Below, one piece after another: positions 29,814 through 41,948 of a stretch of DNA of 64,000 nucleotides. The DNA lies in assembly GCA_951406725.2 (NCBI GenBank), contig OX597832.1, forward strand, positions 30,752,001-30,816,000, read 5' to 3'. Position numbers and translations under genes: made by a program. The stretch is from Octopus vulgaris (taxonomy: Eukaryota). Each line of letters starts with the position of its first letter. Position 1 is the stretch's first letter. A model generated the notes under the pieces. That model was not told where the DNA came from. It was given only the letters and a program-made list of their open reading frames with translations, and ran no database searches.

Positions 29814-31342
29814 TTGGGGAAATTTCAAACCTGGGTTCTCATTCCTAAGGTATTTTTCAATGTTATTATTATTATTATTATTAGTGTTCAGGTCACTTCT
29901 TGGAATTTAAAGGTGACAGTAAAAAGAGGTAATGTTACCAAGTGTTACTACTAAAGTGTTTGAAATTAAAATAAATTTGGGGATAACAGTAAGTGACATA
30001 AAATTTAGGGGCAAGAGTAAAAAGAACAAAAAGTGGAGGAGGTAATACTTCGAAGGGACAACAATTACAAGAAATTTAGGTTAACAGTAACAAGGGCAAA
30101 CATAAAAAAACTAAAAAAAAAAAACAGAAAGAAGGTCAACAAAAGGCCCAGGGTTAACACTGCCAACAAACGACAGAAAGTTCAAGAAGATAATCAGAAA
30201 TAAAAGACTTACAAGAATTCCACAGAAATTACAAAAAAATACTAAAATCAACCTTCTACCATTTCTTTTCACACTAACGTTTTACAATGTGTTTCAGTTC
30301 GGCATTTTTCTACTGGAATTTTAGTTTTCCTTTCAGCGTGGAACTTCTTTATTGGTAAACCAAAAGCTTTCGACTTTCTCCAAACCCAACTAATACAAGG
30401 GAGATAAATCCTGATGGCATGATAATGAATTTATTCCCCATATCATATGGAATGCATTTATGCTGACATTGCAGCTAACTTGGCCGGAACTAATACAAGA
30501 ATATCAAAATTATGAACAATATTAAATATTTCTAAACGTTTTTTCTTTCATTTAAAAAAAAAAAAAAACTTCCCTGTTACTTTCGTCCATTCCTGTAAAA
30601 ACACATTTTCTAAATTTTATTTGATCTTCTTAAACAGCAGAATTTTATTTAATTTTTCAAAATAATTTAAATATATACATACGTATATATCAAAAGATGT
30701 GTTATAACACTATTCCACAGATACAAAAACAGCCATACCAACAATCCAGCGTCCCTCCATCATCAGCTGCCCCACGAATATCATTATGGTTTTGACACCT
30801 GGGCAGTACCAGTTGTGTACTGAGGTCGATCTAATCAAATGGCCCCCATCTCCACCAAATTTCAGGCCTTGGGCCTAGAACAGAAAGGATTGTTATTTCA
30901 GAAAACTTAGTATGCTGGACGAAATGCTGCAAAGTATTTCGTCCATTTATGCTCTCAATTCAAATTCCTTTACCTTTCATCTTTTTGGGGTTGATAAAAT
31001 AAGTACCAGTTGCATACTGGGGTCAATGTAATCAACTTACCCCCCTCCCATCCCCCCAAATTGCTGGTTCTGTGCCAAAATTCGAAACCAATACAAGAGA
31101 GAATACAGAGAGAAGATCAGTAAGGGTGGGTGCTTAGGTTCATAAGAGTACAAGAGGGTGGAGGGTGGAAGGTAGTTAGAGATGGAGGTGAAAGAAGGGT
31201 AGAGATGTGGTTGATGATGAAACTATGATAAGGTAGTAACAACAGGTACTAAAATGTGTGTGCTGGGGTGGGGAAGGGTGGTGAATTGACAGAAACGACT
31301 GGGGGAGGGCTTAAATGTCACATGTGTTGCAGTATTCTTTAA

Positions 31343-31564
31343 CCCTTTCATTACTGCATTTATTTTGAGATGTTCTGTGTTTCTTTCAATTAATTTTAAA
31401 TATAACAAAAGAATTTAGTAAAATAACTTAGTAATCATTGAGCTAGTGTTAGGGACATAAATTGTGGCTAAGATTTGGTGGAAGATTTTAATCCAGAACT
31501 TATGAAAACAAGACATTTGTACTCAGAGCCAGAACCAGTTTCATCCGGGTTGATAATGAAAGGG
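31343..31564. mobile_element. piggyBac-type MITE
   Basis: TTAA|CCCTTTCATTA...TAATGAAAGGG|TTAA with TTAA target-site duplication. Confidence 0.8.
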
Positions 31565-31752
31565 TTAAATGTTCAGAGAGATACAAAGACAGAAGAATGA
31601 GAGACTGATGTGGAGGAGATCGTTATGAAGCCCTTCACATCACCTCGCTGTAATTTATTTTTGTCTCTAAAACTTTTAATAGACGGGTGTTTGTCCAGCA
31701 CAGACTTCCTTTGAGGTCTTTAGTTACTTCCTGCAGAGGAGGTCAACTTCAG

Positions 31753-32065
31753 GGGTGATGGTGAAGATGGCAGCAGAAGCAGTGGTGGTTGTGGTGGTGG
31801 TGGCAGTGGTGGTTGTGGTGGTGGTGGCAGTGGTGGTGGTGGTGGCGATGGTGGTGGTGGTGGTGGTGATAGCAACTGCTGTGGTGGTGGTGATGGTGGC
31901 AGTGATGGCAATGACAACTTCGATGGATGATGATTGCAGTGTGCAGTGTTAGCGACTGTAATGATGGTGGCAGCAGCAGTGGTGGTGGTAGGAGTAGAGG
32001 AAACAGTGGTGGTGGTGGTAGGAGTAGAGGCAACAGTAGTAGCGGTAGTAGTAGCGATGGTGATG
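31753..32065. repeat. Degenerate (GGT/AGT)n low-complexity tract
   Basis: Direct reading; similar tract at 35752-35863. Confidence 0.9.
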
Positions 32066-33078
32066 CTGACAGCAATAAGAAACCAGTAACCAGAAACACT
32101 CCCCCACCAAACCACTGAAGCATGGAATAAGCTACCCACATCCCTTGTTAGTTGTCAGGACACTACATCCTTCAAGACTTCAATGCTTCATCAACAGAAC
32201 ACCTGATGCTTGCGTGTGTATGGAGGGGAGAAGAAATGCTGTTTATAGATCTGCTCTTTGGAGTTAATCAATGACCAATTAAGGGACACCTTACAAACTA
32301 ATAAACTGTATTCACATGCACATTCCTACATTCCTACATTCCTACGTACATGATGGCAACAGTTCGATATGGAGCAAGGTTATCTCTTTGTTTTTCTCCA
32401 AAACATGAGCAGAACAGATGTGGCTTTACACTCTTTTTCACAGATATGGCAACGATGGGCACCTCTTGCAGCAGGTGTTCACACAGCTTACTACCCATGC
32501 TGTCACATACTTTCATCCCATCATGGAATTTCTCTGTGAGTGTTCACCTTTCTTTGCAACGGCTAGCCAGAGGAGTTAAAAAGCAAGTGATGCCAATGGC
32601 CAAAAGATTTTTAAAGTGAGGAATGGTCTTGCAGATGGCCAAACACACTCTCTAAACAACAAATACATTTGTCCAAAAAGAAGAACTATTCCACACCATT
32701 CAAAGTAAACCACAAAACGTACATTAGAGAATTCCTTCTGAGAGACATTAAACAAAGTTAGGTCACTTTTATTGCTTCTGATAACACGTAACCCAGTACA
32801 ACCCATTGCAAGGTCAGGCTTCGGCAACCAAGCTGAGAACCCTGCCAAGCCTGTTTGGTAAGGAGAGTGGTTGCCATTGGATACTCTGCAGACTTTCTTT
32901 GATTGGCCACACAGGGCCTAACACAGAGGGAACAGCACATGGTGGGGACAGAAAAGAAACGGATGGAAAGGATGAATTAGATAAGATGATAAATGAAATG
33001 AAGCCGTGTGGCCCCACTTCCGAGCACCTTCACTGAACCTATTAATACAACTCCTTTTTAAAACATTATTTGTAACCG

Positions 33079-33400
33079 TTAAGTTTCATCTTTCCAAAGA
33101 ATGTCTATGTTAAATTTCTTTAAAAGTTCAAGATAGCTTACCCGTTCTGGCATTGTGCTGGTGTCCAGTTTCTTGACCCACCACTCAAAGTCCTCCACAT
33201 AATCCTTTCCTCTCGACACATACTTTGGGTCTGCCACCACACAACGAATGTACTCGGGCAATCCCCTATTCACTTTTATCGCTCCATCTTGCGAGTACAT
33301 CTCATTATAAAGTTTTACATTTTGTCCGTTGTACAGTATAACATGTTTTCTCACAGGGCAAGGGCAGGAATGGCCATCCAACAGCTGAGAGCTGGACAAC
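33079..33400 (-). other. Coding-like ORF fragment of unknown origin
   Basis: Non-repetitive, protein-like sequence (HSCPCPVRKHVILYNGQNVKLYNEMY...DFEWWVKKLD...LLKKFNIDILWKDET*); no family recognised. Confidence 0.3.
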
Positions 33401-34636
33401 CATGCATACATGACTGGCAAACTGTTGCTTACGACGACTACGGTTCCAGTCGGTTCAATCAATGGAACAGCCAGCTCATGAAATTCACATGCGAGTGGCT
33501 GAGCATTCCACAGACAGGCATACCTTTCAAATACAGATACAAATCATTTTTTCAAGCTAAGACAACCAAAACAAAGTCAAATGAAGTGTTTTGCTCAAGG
33601 ACAAAATAGCACATCTAGACCCTTAATATTTGGCGGGGAGATTTGGCTGCCATTTCTAGCAGGACGGCCATCAACGAAGAGGCTCCGTCTTGGCTTGAGG
33701 TCATCTATGTGGAGCAGGGAAATAACTCTTACTGACTTAATAATGTCAATGAAATAGCCTGTTGATGGTCACTGGCGCTTGCAGAAATAGCAGCCAAAAC
33801 TATTCCACAAATCACATCTTATTGTCTTAAATAAAGGATATGTTGGACAATGCACTCCAAGATAACCTAGGCCAGAAAATTACAACTTACCATCTTATCA
33901 AGAAACACACTGAATAATGTAGCCCTAGATACACTATGCCAGAAAATTGTTGAAGAAAGGTGAGATGGTCATGGGTGGAATTCTCTTTACTGTAATTTTG
34001 TCTAATAAGAGATTGACTGGAGTTAAATAACAACGAGTCAACAAAAGACGATGTAGATAGTCACACGACTCGCTAGAAATAGCAGTCAGGTCTCTCTCAA
34101 ATTACATCCTGCTATTTAGCAAAAACAGAATGACTTGTTTGATAATGTAGTCCTAGATACACTGTTTGATATGTGAAGGTCATGGCTGGGTCGCTTTTGA
34201 TCATATGACTGCCCAATCAGAGCTGAACTGGAGCTAAATTTCAAAGACATGTGATCTACTTTGAAACCAAGAAAGTAAAATTTATAGAACAAGAATAAAA
34301 AGAATAGACAAGCTGTACCTGAGGCATTAGGAGAATATAACATTTCAAACAAGTCAACAAAGCAGAGGGTTGTCATGGTAATTGATATTTATGGTTCAGT
34401 GATTTTTCTTATTTGTTCACATGTAACCAAAATGTGTTTTGAGCTAGAGTAGCAACACACTTTTGATAAGTTGTGGTGCACCTGACCACTGTATACAATA
34501 ATTTCATTATTATTATTATATAGAATAGAAATATCCTTTTATCCATGGGAAATAGTTGATGTAGTGATGGTCATTATACTTGGGCTGTTGTAACAGACAT
34601 TGATCTTCTGGCTGGACCCGCATCACTTCCATTCAA

Positions 34637-34856
34637 CCCTTTCGTCACCGTATTTATTTTCAGATGCTCTGTTTTTCTCTCAATTATTTTTAAAATAACA
34701 AAGAATTTAGTAAAATAACTTGGTTATCATTCAGCTGGTATTAGGGACATAAATTGTGACTAAGGTTTGGTGGAAGATATTAATATAAAACTTATGAAAA
34801 CAAGACATTTGTACTCAAAGCCAGAACTGGTTTCAGCCAGGTTGGTAAGGAAAAGG
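34637..34856. mobile_element. Second copy of the piggyBac-type MITE
   Basis: Internal sequence closely matches 31343-31564; TCAA/TTAA flanks. Confidence 0.75.
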
Positions 34857-36050
34857 TTAAACTATGTTTCTTGACAGTCACGGTCGCTTTCTCTTCCCTA
34901 ATCTTTCACGCTTGACCTAACATTTAGATTTCTATTTAGTGAAATAACTCACCTTCCCAAAACTAATCAAGTGGCTTTGTGCTAATTATTCACATCAACT
35001 TGTACTAATTATTCACAGCATTCTATATCTACTTAGTGATTCTCCTATCATTAATTTGGTTAGTATAGTAAAGTCTGCATTTTGCCGATGAGGTCTCATA
35101 AGGTTGAAAGGCACAGGTATGGCTGTGTGGTAAGAAGCTTGCTTCCCAACCACATGGTTCCGGATTCAGTTCCACTGCATGGCACCTTAGGCCAGTGTCT
35201 TCTACTATAGCCTTGGGCTAACCAAGGCCTTGTGAGTGGATTTGGTAGACGAAAACTGGAAGAAGCTCAATGTGTGTGTGTGTGTGTGTGTCTGTGTTTG
35301 TCTCCCGCCATCGCTTGACAACCGATGTTGGTGTATTTATAAGTACTAGGCTTACAAAGTATAAGTCCTGGGGTCAATTTCTTCCACTAACACCGTTCAG
35401 GTGGTGCTCCAGTATGGCCATAGTCAAATGACCGTAACAATTAAACGAATAAAATTAAACACCAGTACCTGTACATTAGAGTCTCATTGCATTGAGACTT
35501 TTTCAACTTTAAGTCCTGGGGTCGATTTCTTTGACTAAAAGGCTGTGCTCCAGCATGGCCAGTCACATGACTGAAACAAATACAAGAATATGTGTACAGC
35601 CTATTTTTCACAATTTAAAGAAAATTCAGCTATTTCTAGCAGAATGAGGAACCACATAGGGGCTTCTATGCTGGCTTTTATGATTACCATAATATTGGTG
35701 GAAGCACACCACACAAATACATGCACAGACACATTCATTGACTGCTGAAGTAGCAGCAGTGGTGGCGGCAGTGGTGGTGGTGGCAGTGGTGGTGGTGGTG
35801 ATGGAGAAATGGTGGTGGTGGCAGTGATGGTGGTGGTGGCAGTGATGGTGGTGGTGGTGGTGGTTACAAAATATCGTACCAGAACCAACACCTGTCTCTA
35901 CTAAAATCTTGAGTATATTTGCAACTTTTATGACTTTACATTAATTCACATTTCATTTCCTCTACTTTTATTACAATTAAATTAGTTGTCTGTCTCTCTC
36001 TGTTTGTCAGCCTCCCTATCTATCTGTCTGTCTCTCTCTCTATCTACCTA

Positions 36051-36114
<64 letters not shown>

Positions 36115-36736
36115 CTTATCTATATATATGTGTGTGTGCATGCACGTGTGTGTGTATGTATACACACACACACACAGATATATTATATGTAGTACATGCT
36201 GCTTCTGACCATGGGACTGCACGTAGAAAGTTACCCTCCGAGGTACAAGTCCAGTCTAGGTTGTTTATGGAAGACCAGCAGTCACCCACTCATACCGGCC
36301 TCCCCTCTCCATGCCACCGATGTTATCCAAGGGAAAGGCAAAGGGGCCGATACAGCTTGGCACCTGTGATGTCGCAACTCATTTCTGCAGCTGAGTGAAC
36401 TGGAGCAATGAGAAATAAAGAGTCTTGCTCAAGAACACAATACACAGCCTGGTCTGGGATTCGAATTCACAACCTCACAATCGTAAGCTCGATGCTCTAA
36501 CCACTGAGCCATGCGCCTTCACATGTAGTACATACATATTATATATATACTGTATTACATAAGATATATATAATTATACACTATAAATGTATATATTATA
36601 TATATAAAATGTTGTGCATTTATTACGCATATATCATATTTATATTTATAACATACAAACATATATGCTACTAAATCATATCACATTTCAAAGGCTATGC
36701 AGTTGCAATCCAAGAACATGAGATTACCATGGAATA

Positions 36737-38016
36737 TTGGGTCATTCCATAAGTAATACGGCTTTTTTTATACTTCTTTATTTTTCAAAATTAAGATAAA
36801 CAAAATTCTTTTTTTAATCTAAAATATACTCTCCATCATTTTCTACAATACACTTCCATCTATCTGGTAGACTTGCAAGGCCCCTCTTTCAAAATTCACT
36901 TGTCTGTAACAAAAAAATATTCCTCCACTACTGTTCTGACCTCGTCTACAAAGACCATATTTTTTCCATCCAAATGATATTGAAGACTGCGGAATAAATG
37001 ATAATCAGATGGGGCAATGTCTGACAAGTGTAATAGGTGAGGCACCGTTTCCCATTCAAACTACTCCAGCATTTAGAATGTCATCCTCGCTGTATGTGAC
37101 TGAGCATTATCCTGATGGAAGAACGCCTTTGGTCTTGAAACCAAAGATGGTCATTCTTCTTCTAGTGCTGATTTAAGCTGCTCGCAGTAAATCTCCTTTG
37201 TTATCATCTGGTTTCGGTTTAAGAGTTCAAAGTGCACTAAACTTTTCATATCCCATAAAACAGATAACAACACCTTACGAGGGGGAAGGCCTTCTTTAGC
37301 CTGGGGTGCCGGTGTTACTCCTTTCCATACCTACTGTCTTTGGTGCTTGACATTTTTATAGAGAACCCATTTCTTGTCACTATTCAGTCTAAAAAAGGTT
37401 CATTGTGAGATGTGACAGCAAAGAAGAGTTCTCCTTCACTCTCTGAGTGTGATTAGACTTGGAAAGCTTGTGAGAAACCCATTGACCCAATTTCCAATTT
37501 GCTGACTTTTCCAATGGCACACAGGTGTTGATGAATGGTTGAATGACAAAATCCAAGCTTCTCTGCTAGTTCCTCAACATTTACAATGGAATTTTGTTCC
37601 ACCAGGGTTTGCAGGACATCCTCGTTAAACTTTACAGATCTTCCAGGATGAGGCTCATCTTCTAGGCTGTAGTTTCTGGCTCGGAACTTCTGGAACCACC
37701 GTTGACACTGGCTTACGCTTATTGTCCAATCCCCATATACTGCATTAATATTCCTCACACTTTCCGTCGCATTGTTGTCTTTATTGAACTGATAAAGCAA
37801 AATATGCTGAATATGTCCCTTTTTCACTTCCATTATAGCTTTGGAAAAATAAGTGTTAAAATCGAACTGCACTCTTCTAAATTTGCACTAAGAATAAGTA
37901 CAAGGTAAAATTACTATCTGCTTTTATAGCAAGTAGATGCAGGTAGTTTATCCCGTCTCCTTCCAACTTTTGCTTCATGTAAATGAAAAAAATGCATTAT
38001 TTATGGAATGACCCAA
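36737..38016 (-). mobile_element. Full-length (1280 bp) mariner transposon, inactivated
   Basis: TA|TTGGGTCATTCCATAAGTAAT ... ATTATTTATGGAATGACCCAA|TA TIRs with TA duplication; transposase MEVKKGHIQHILLYQFNK...CQRWFQKFR...GKVSKL, FFHQDNA, PDIAPSDYHLF, with frameshifts. Confidence 0.95.
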
Positions 38017-38104
38017 TACCTAATCAACAAAAGAGACTGTGAAGCCATTAGGGTCCCAAAATGCACGCAAAAATGTAGATTATGTGATATTTCTGTAGGA
38101 GACA

Positions 38105-38407
38105 TCTTTATATATAAAACTGAAATTGTGTGAGAGTCTGTCTCCTCCGATTTAGATTCCTAACTACTCCCACATTTTGCGGTGCAGTTTAACCAAAAGC
38201 GGTTATTTTATAGTCGTAATTCATATCGAGCCCTTCTGGGTATTAGCGTGCGTCTACGATGAGTCTACGATTTAAAAAAAAATTTACCATCATTTTTTCG
38301 TTTTTTAATGCATTTTTGCTCGGTTTATATAAGGGAAGTAACTCTATATAAATGCTTATATAGTTATTTCCCTTACAAACCCGAGCAACGCCGGGCGATA
38401 CTGCTAG
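38105..38407 (+). mobile_element. Non-autonomous Helitron (303 bp)
   Basis: A|TCTTTATATATAAAA 5' end; 3' hairpin CCCGAGCAACGCCGGG then CTAG|T; inserted between A and T. Confidence 0.85.
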
Positions 38408-40029
38408 TTACACATAAATAATTGTCAAATTTGCCTCAAACACACTGTATGTATGTATGTGCATGCATACAGACATACATGCATATTCTTCACTAGCTTT
38501 AAAGCCACATAATTCACTCAGGTGCCTAAAGTTTTGTGCCAAAACACGAACTTTGTTAAGTGCTTTTGCCTTAAACAGTAGACGAGGGGTGAGAACCTTT
38601 TTTCTAATGATGGAAGCCCATACTTAAATCAAGCTACCAGTTGACAAGGCCAAATTGAAACAAAAGATGTTATCTTGCTAAACCCATGCTATTCCATAAA
38701 ATATAATTAAACATAAATTACTCTAGTGTAATTTAAAAAAAGAGAAAAAAAAAAGCCTTTTAGAGTTGCTGTATTTGATGACATATGAGAACTGTGGACA
38801 TATAAAACACGCCATTCCTCAATTTCAGGAAGAGAACATTTTTTTTTAAATGACGGTGTTTACAGATAACATTTAAAATGTATTGAAATATATGCGTGGC
38901 CGTAGCATCAAAAATGTCAGCCTGTGCATTTAATAATATGTAATAGGATGTTGTTCTTTGTGAGATTCTAAAGTAATGATACACTGTTTAATGATTAGCT
39001 GTTGCAAGGGTAACATTTCAACTGACTTCAGTCCCTGAGAAGTTCGTTGTACTTTAGAATGGTACCCGAAATTTATACTGAATACGTCATCAATTATGGA
39101 AAGTAGGGGTCTTTTCACTTTGACCGTCAGATTTAAAAAAATAATTTCTTTGTAACTAAACACTTTTAAACTTCGTATACTGGTAGAATGTGTCACAAAA
39201 AACATCTTTTTCTCTTGGCGTTCTTGTTCTGCGGTAGCTTGCCTTTCATCGGGGTCGATAAATTAAGTACCAGTTGCGCACTGGAGCTGATGTAATCGAC
39301 TTAATCCGTCTGTCTGACCTTGTTTGTCTCCTCTATGTTTAGCCCTTTGTGGGTAGTAAAGAAATAGATATTTGATTATTTTTGCAATAAAGAAATAAGG
39401 AAATATCTGCTATGTGCTACAACTGACAGGATCTGAATGGACTGGAGCAATAGAAAACGAAATCTTTCACTCAAGTACACAATGCCATGACACACCCTAA
39501 CCATTAGGCCACGTGCCTTCGCTGTCTCTTAAGCTTCATATTTAAAATGCAATGTCATTACGAGTGTAAGTACTTTTAATACCGTCACAATAATATGGCT
39601 TTCCTTTTGAGTCATGTTTTAATAGGTTTCCAACATATTTTTTATTACAAAAATGGACCAACTCAGCAAACAGCAAACTTAAACCATTGTCCTGGAGACC
39701 GCCAACGCAACTGGCAAGATTAATTGTTTGAGCTTCTTTCTTTCCTTTCTCTCTCTTTTTCTATTCTTTCTTTTGTCATTCATACCGTTTTGATAAGAAT
39801 GCCTTCCAATTTTAAAATAACTGCACCTCTTTTGTACATTTGACATAGAAAGATACGTACGTACATAGGGTTACACCTGTAAAAACCTTCCAGAAGTTTA
39901 TCATTTAAGTATACAAGAGCATGTCTAGATATGCAACTATATGCATGACAAGACATTGTTGTTGTTGGCATCCTTTTGTCTCGGGAGACAATGGAGTTGC
40001 GCATAAACTAATCCAGTCCGGTTTTTACA

Positions 40030-40385
40030 TTTCATGTCCTCTCCAGTTTTGCGCAGGCCTGGGCTAGATGTAAGAAAATCCTGGGTAGCCCAATCGTCAG
40101 GATTCCTCTCTCGACCTTGCTGACGTAGTCCAAAGAAGTGCAGAGCATTACGTTTGGCACCAGCTTGGTTGCAGGAGGAGCTGCCGGAAGGATGTCGAGT
40201 CGAACACTAAACCGCCTATGGGGCTCCACTCCGGATTTCTTTGAAGGTTGTCTCCTTTCCGTAACCCTGGATAGGGGCCCATACTGGGTACTGTCAGCCG
40301 GAGCCAGCTGAGCCCGAGACTCGTGTCAGGCAGGGTCGGAAACTCCCTGAAGTAGTGAAGAAGTTCGCTACCCACAACCCACATG
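40030..40385 (-). mobile_element. GC-rich RTE/BovB-like LINE 5' UTR fragment
   Basis: Segment resembling RTE 5' UTRs (AATCCGGAGTGGAGCCCC...CCTGCAACCAAGCTGGTGCCAAACGTA...TTTGGACTAC); recognition by eye. Confidence 0.5.
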
Positions 40386-40419
40386 ACAAGACATACATAA
40401 AACAAGACATACAAATCTG

Positions 40420-40723
40420 CACACATACATACATACATACATACATACATACATACATACATACATACATACACACACACATACATACATACATACATGC
40501 ATGCATACATACAAATCTGCATACATACATACATACACACATACATACATACACATACATACATACATACATACATACATACACACACACATACACACAC
40601 ATACATACATACATGCATGCATGCATACATACATACATACATACATACATACATACATACATACATACATACATACATGCATACATACATACATACATAC
40701 ATACACATAGATACATACATACA

Positions 40724-40757
<34 letters not shown>

Positions 40758-40785
40758 CATACATTCATACATACAAACATACATT
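40420..40785. repeat. (CATA)n microsatellite
   Basis: Direct reading; produces the spurious 40148-40856 ORFs. Confidence 0.95.
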
Positions 40786-41737
40786 TGCATAGGTGCATTA
40801 ATACATAGGTGTATACGTGTGTATAGGGGTGTGCGTATGTGTGTGTCTCTCACCATTTGACAGCCAGTGTTGGTTTGTTTACATTCTTATGACTTAGTGG
40901 TTCGGCAAATGGCAATGGATACAATATGCACCAGACTTTTTCTATTTTAATTGGTACAGAGAAAAGATTTGATCGACTGAACAACTTCGACACTGTGCTG
41001 CAGCATGGCCGCAGTCCAATGATTAGGAAAATATAAAACAACAAAAGAAAACACACAGACACACACACACACACTAATGCACACACACACCCAAACATAC
41101 ACATATTTGATCAACACAACCTACTTCAAACACGCGTAAGGAATCTAAGCAACAAATTTCAGTTTAGTATTTAAAGTGGCGCAAATTATGCCACCATCTC
41201 TTTTAAAATATCCACGAAACTCCACTAATGCTTTGCCTGAGACCTTTAAAAGCAAATTAGGGACAATTTTTTTTAAATTTTCGTTTTCATTTTGTTTTAT
41301 TTCTCGCATCTCGTCTCAGCCATCATCAGCAAAAGGTCACAGCTGAAGCTTAGCAGACTCCACTATTTCGTTGATCCACCGATTACGGATGCTCTGCGCT
41401 GTCTCCTATTATCCACGAATCTCAAACTGGTGAATATCAAGTGACCACCTCTGCTAAAAAATAGTAATGAGTTTTTCTCTCTCCTTTTAATTAATAAGTT
41501 TCTTATTTATGCACAAGGCCTGGAATTTTCGAGGAAAGGCCGTTAATTGATATCATCGACTTCAAGACATGGCGGCTACTTTATTTCATCAACGGCAATC
41601 CTTCGATAATGGTATACAATGTCATTATCCACACAATATTCCTTCATGACATGGATAAAGAGGCTGGGCTGAAAAAGAGAGTGAATGATGAGGTCTCCTC
41701 TGCAGACAAATACCGAAGGAATGCCTCACAAGGCATT

Positions 41738-41948
41738 GGCCATCTTTCGGTACAAGCACCATAACTGCCAAGTCTGTTTGTTTACATTTGAAGAAGAAGA
41801 CCATCACTTTCCGTAAAGTTTTATTTTTATATATATGTGGGGTTAGGGTTATGGGTGGGGGAAAAGGGTTTCTTTTTTCTTCAGAAATGTAAATAAACCC
41901 ACATGGGTTTATAATTGGCAGTTATGGTACTTGTACCGAAAGATCGCC
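41738..41948. mobile_element. Merlin-like MITE with 32-bp TIRs and 9-bp TSD
   Basis: GGCCATCTTTCGGTACAAGCACCATAACTGCC / GGCAGTTATGGTACTTGTACCGAAAGATCGCC; flanks CAAGGCATT / CAGGACATT. Confidence 0.7.

Noticed and set aside
31720-32141. Pro-, His- or Gly-rich ORFs
   Set aside because: Translations of the (GGT)n tract
40148-40856. Long MYVC/HTYI ORFs
   Set aside because: (CATA)n microsatellite
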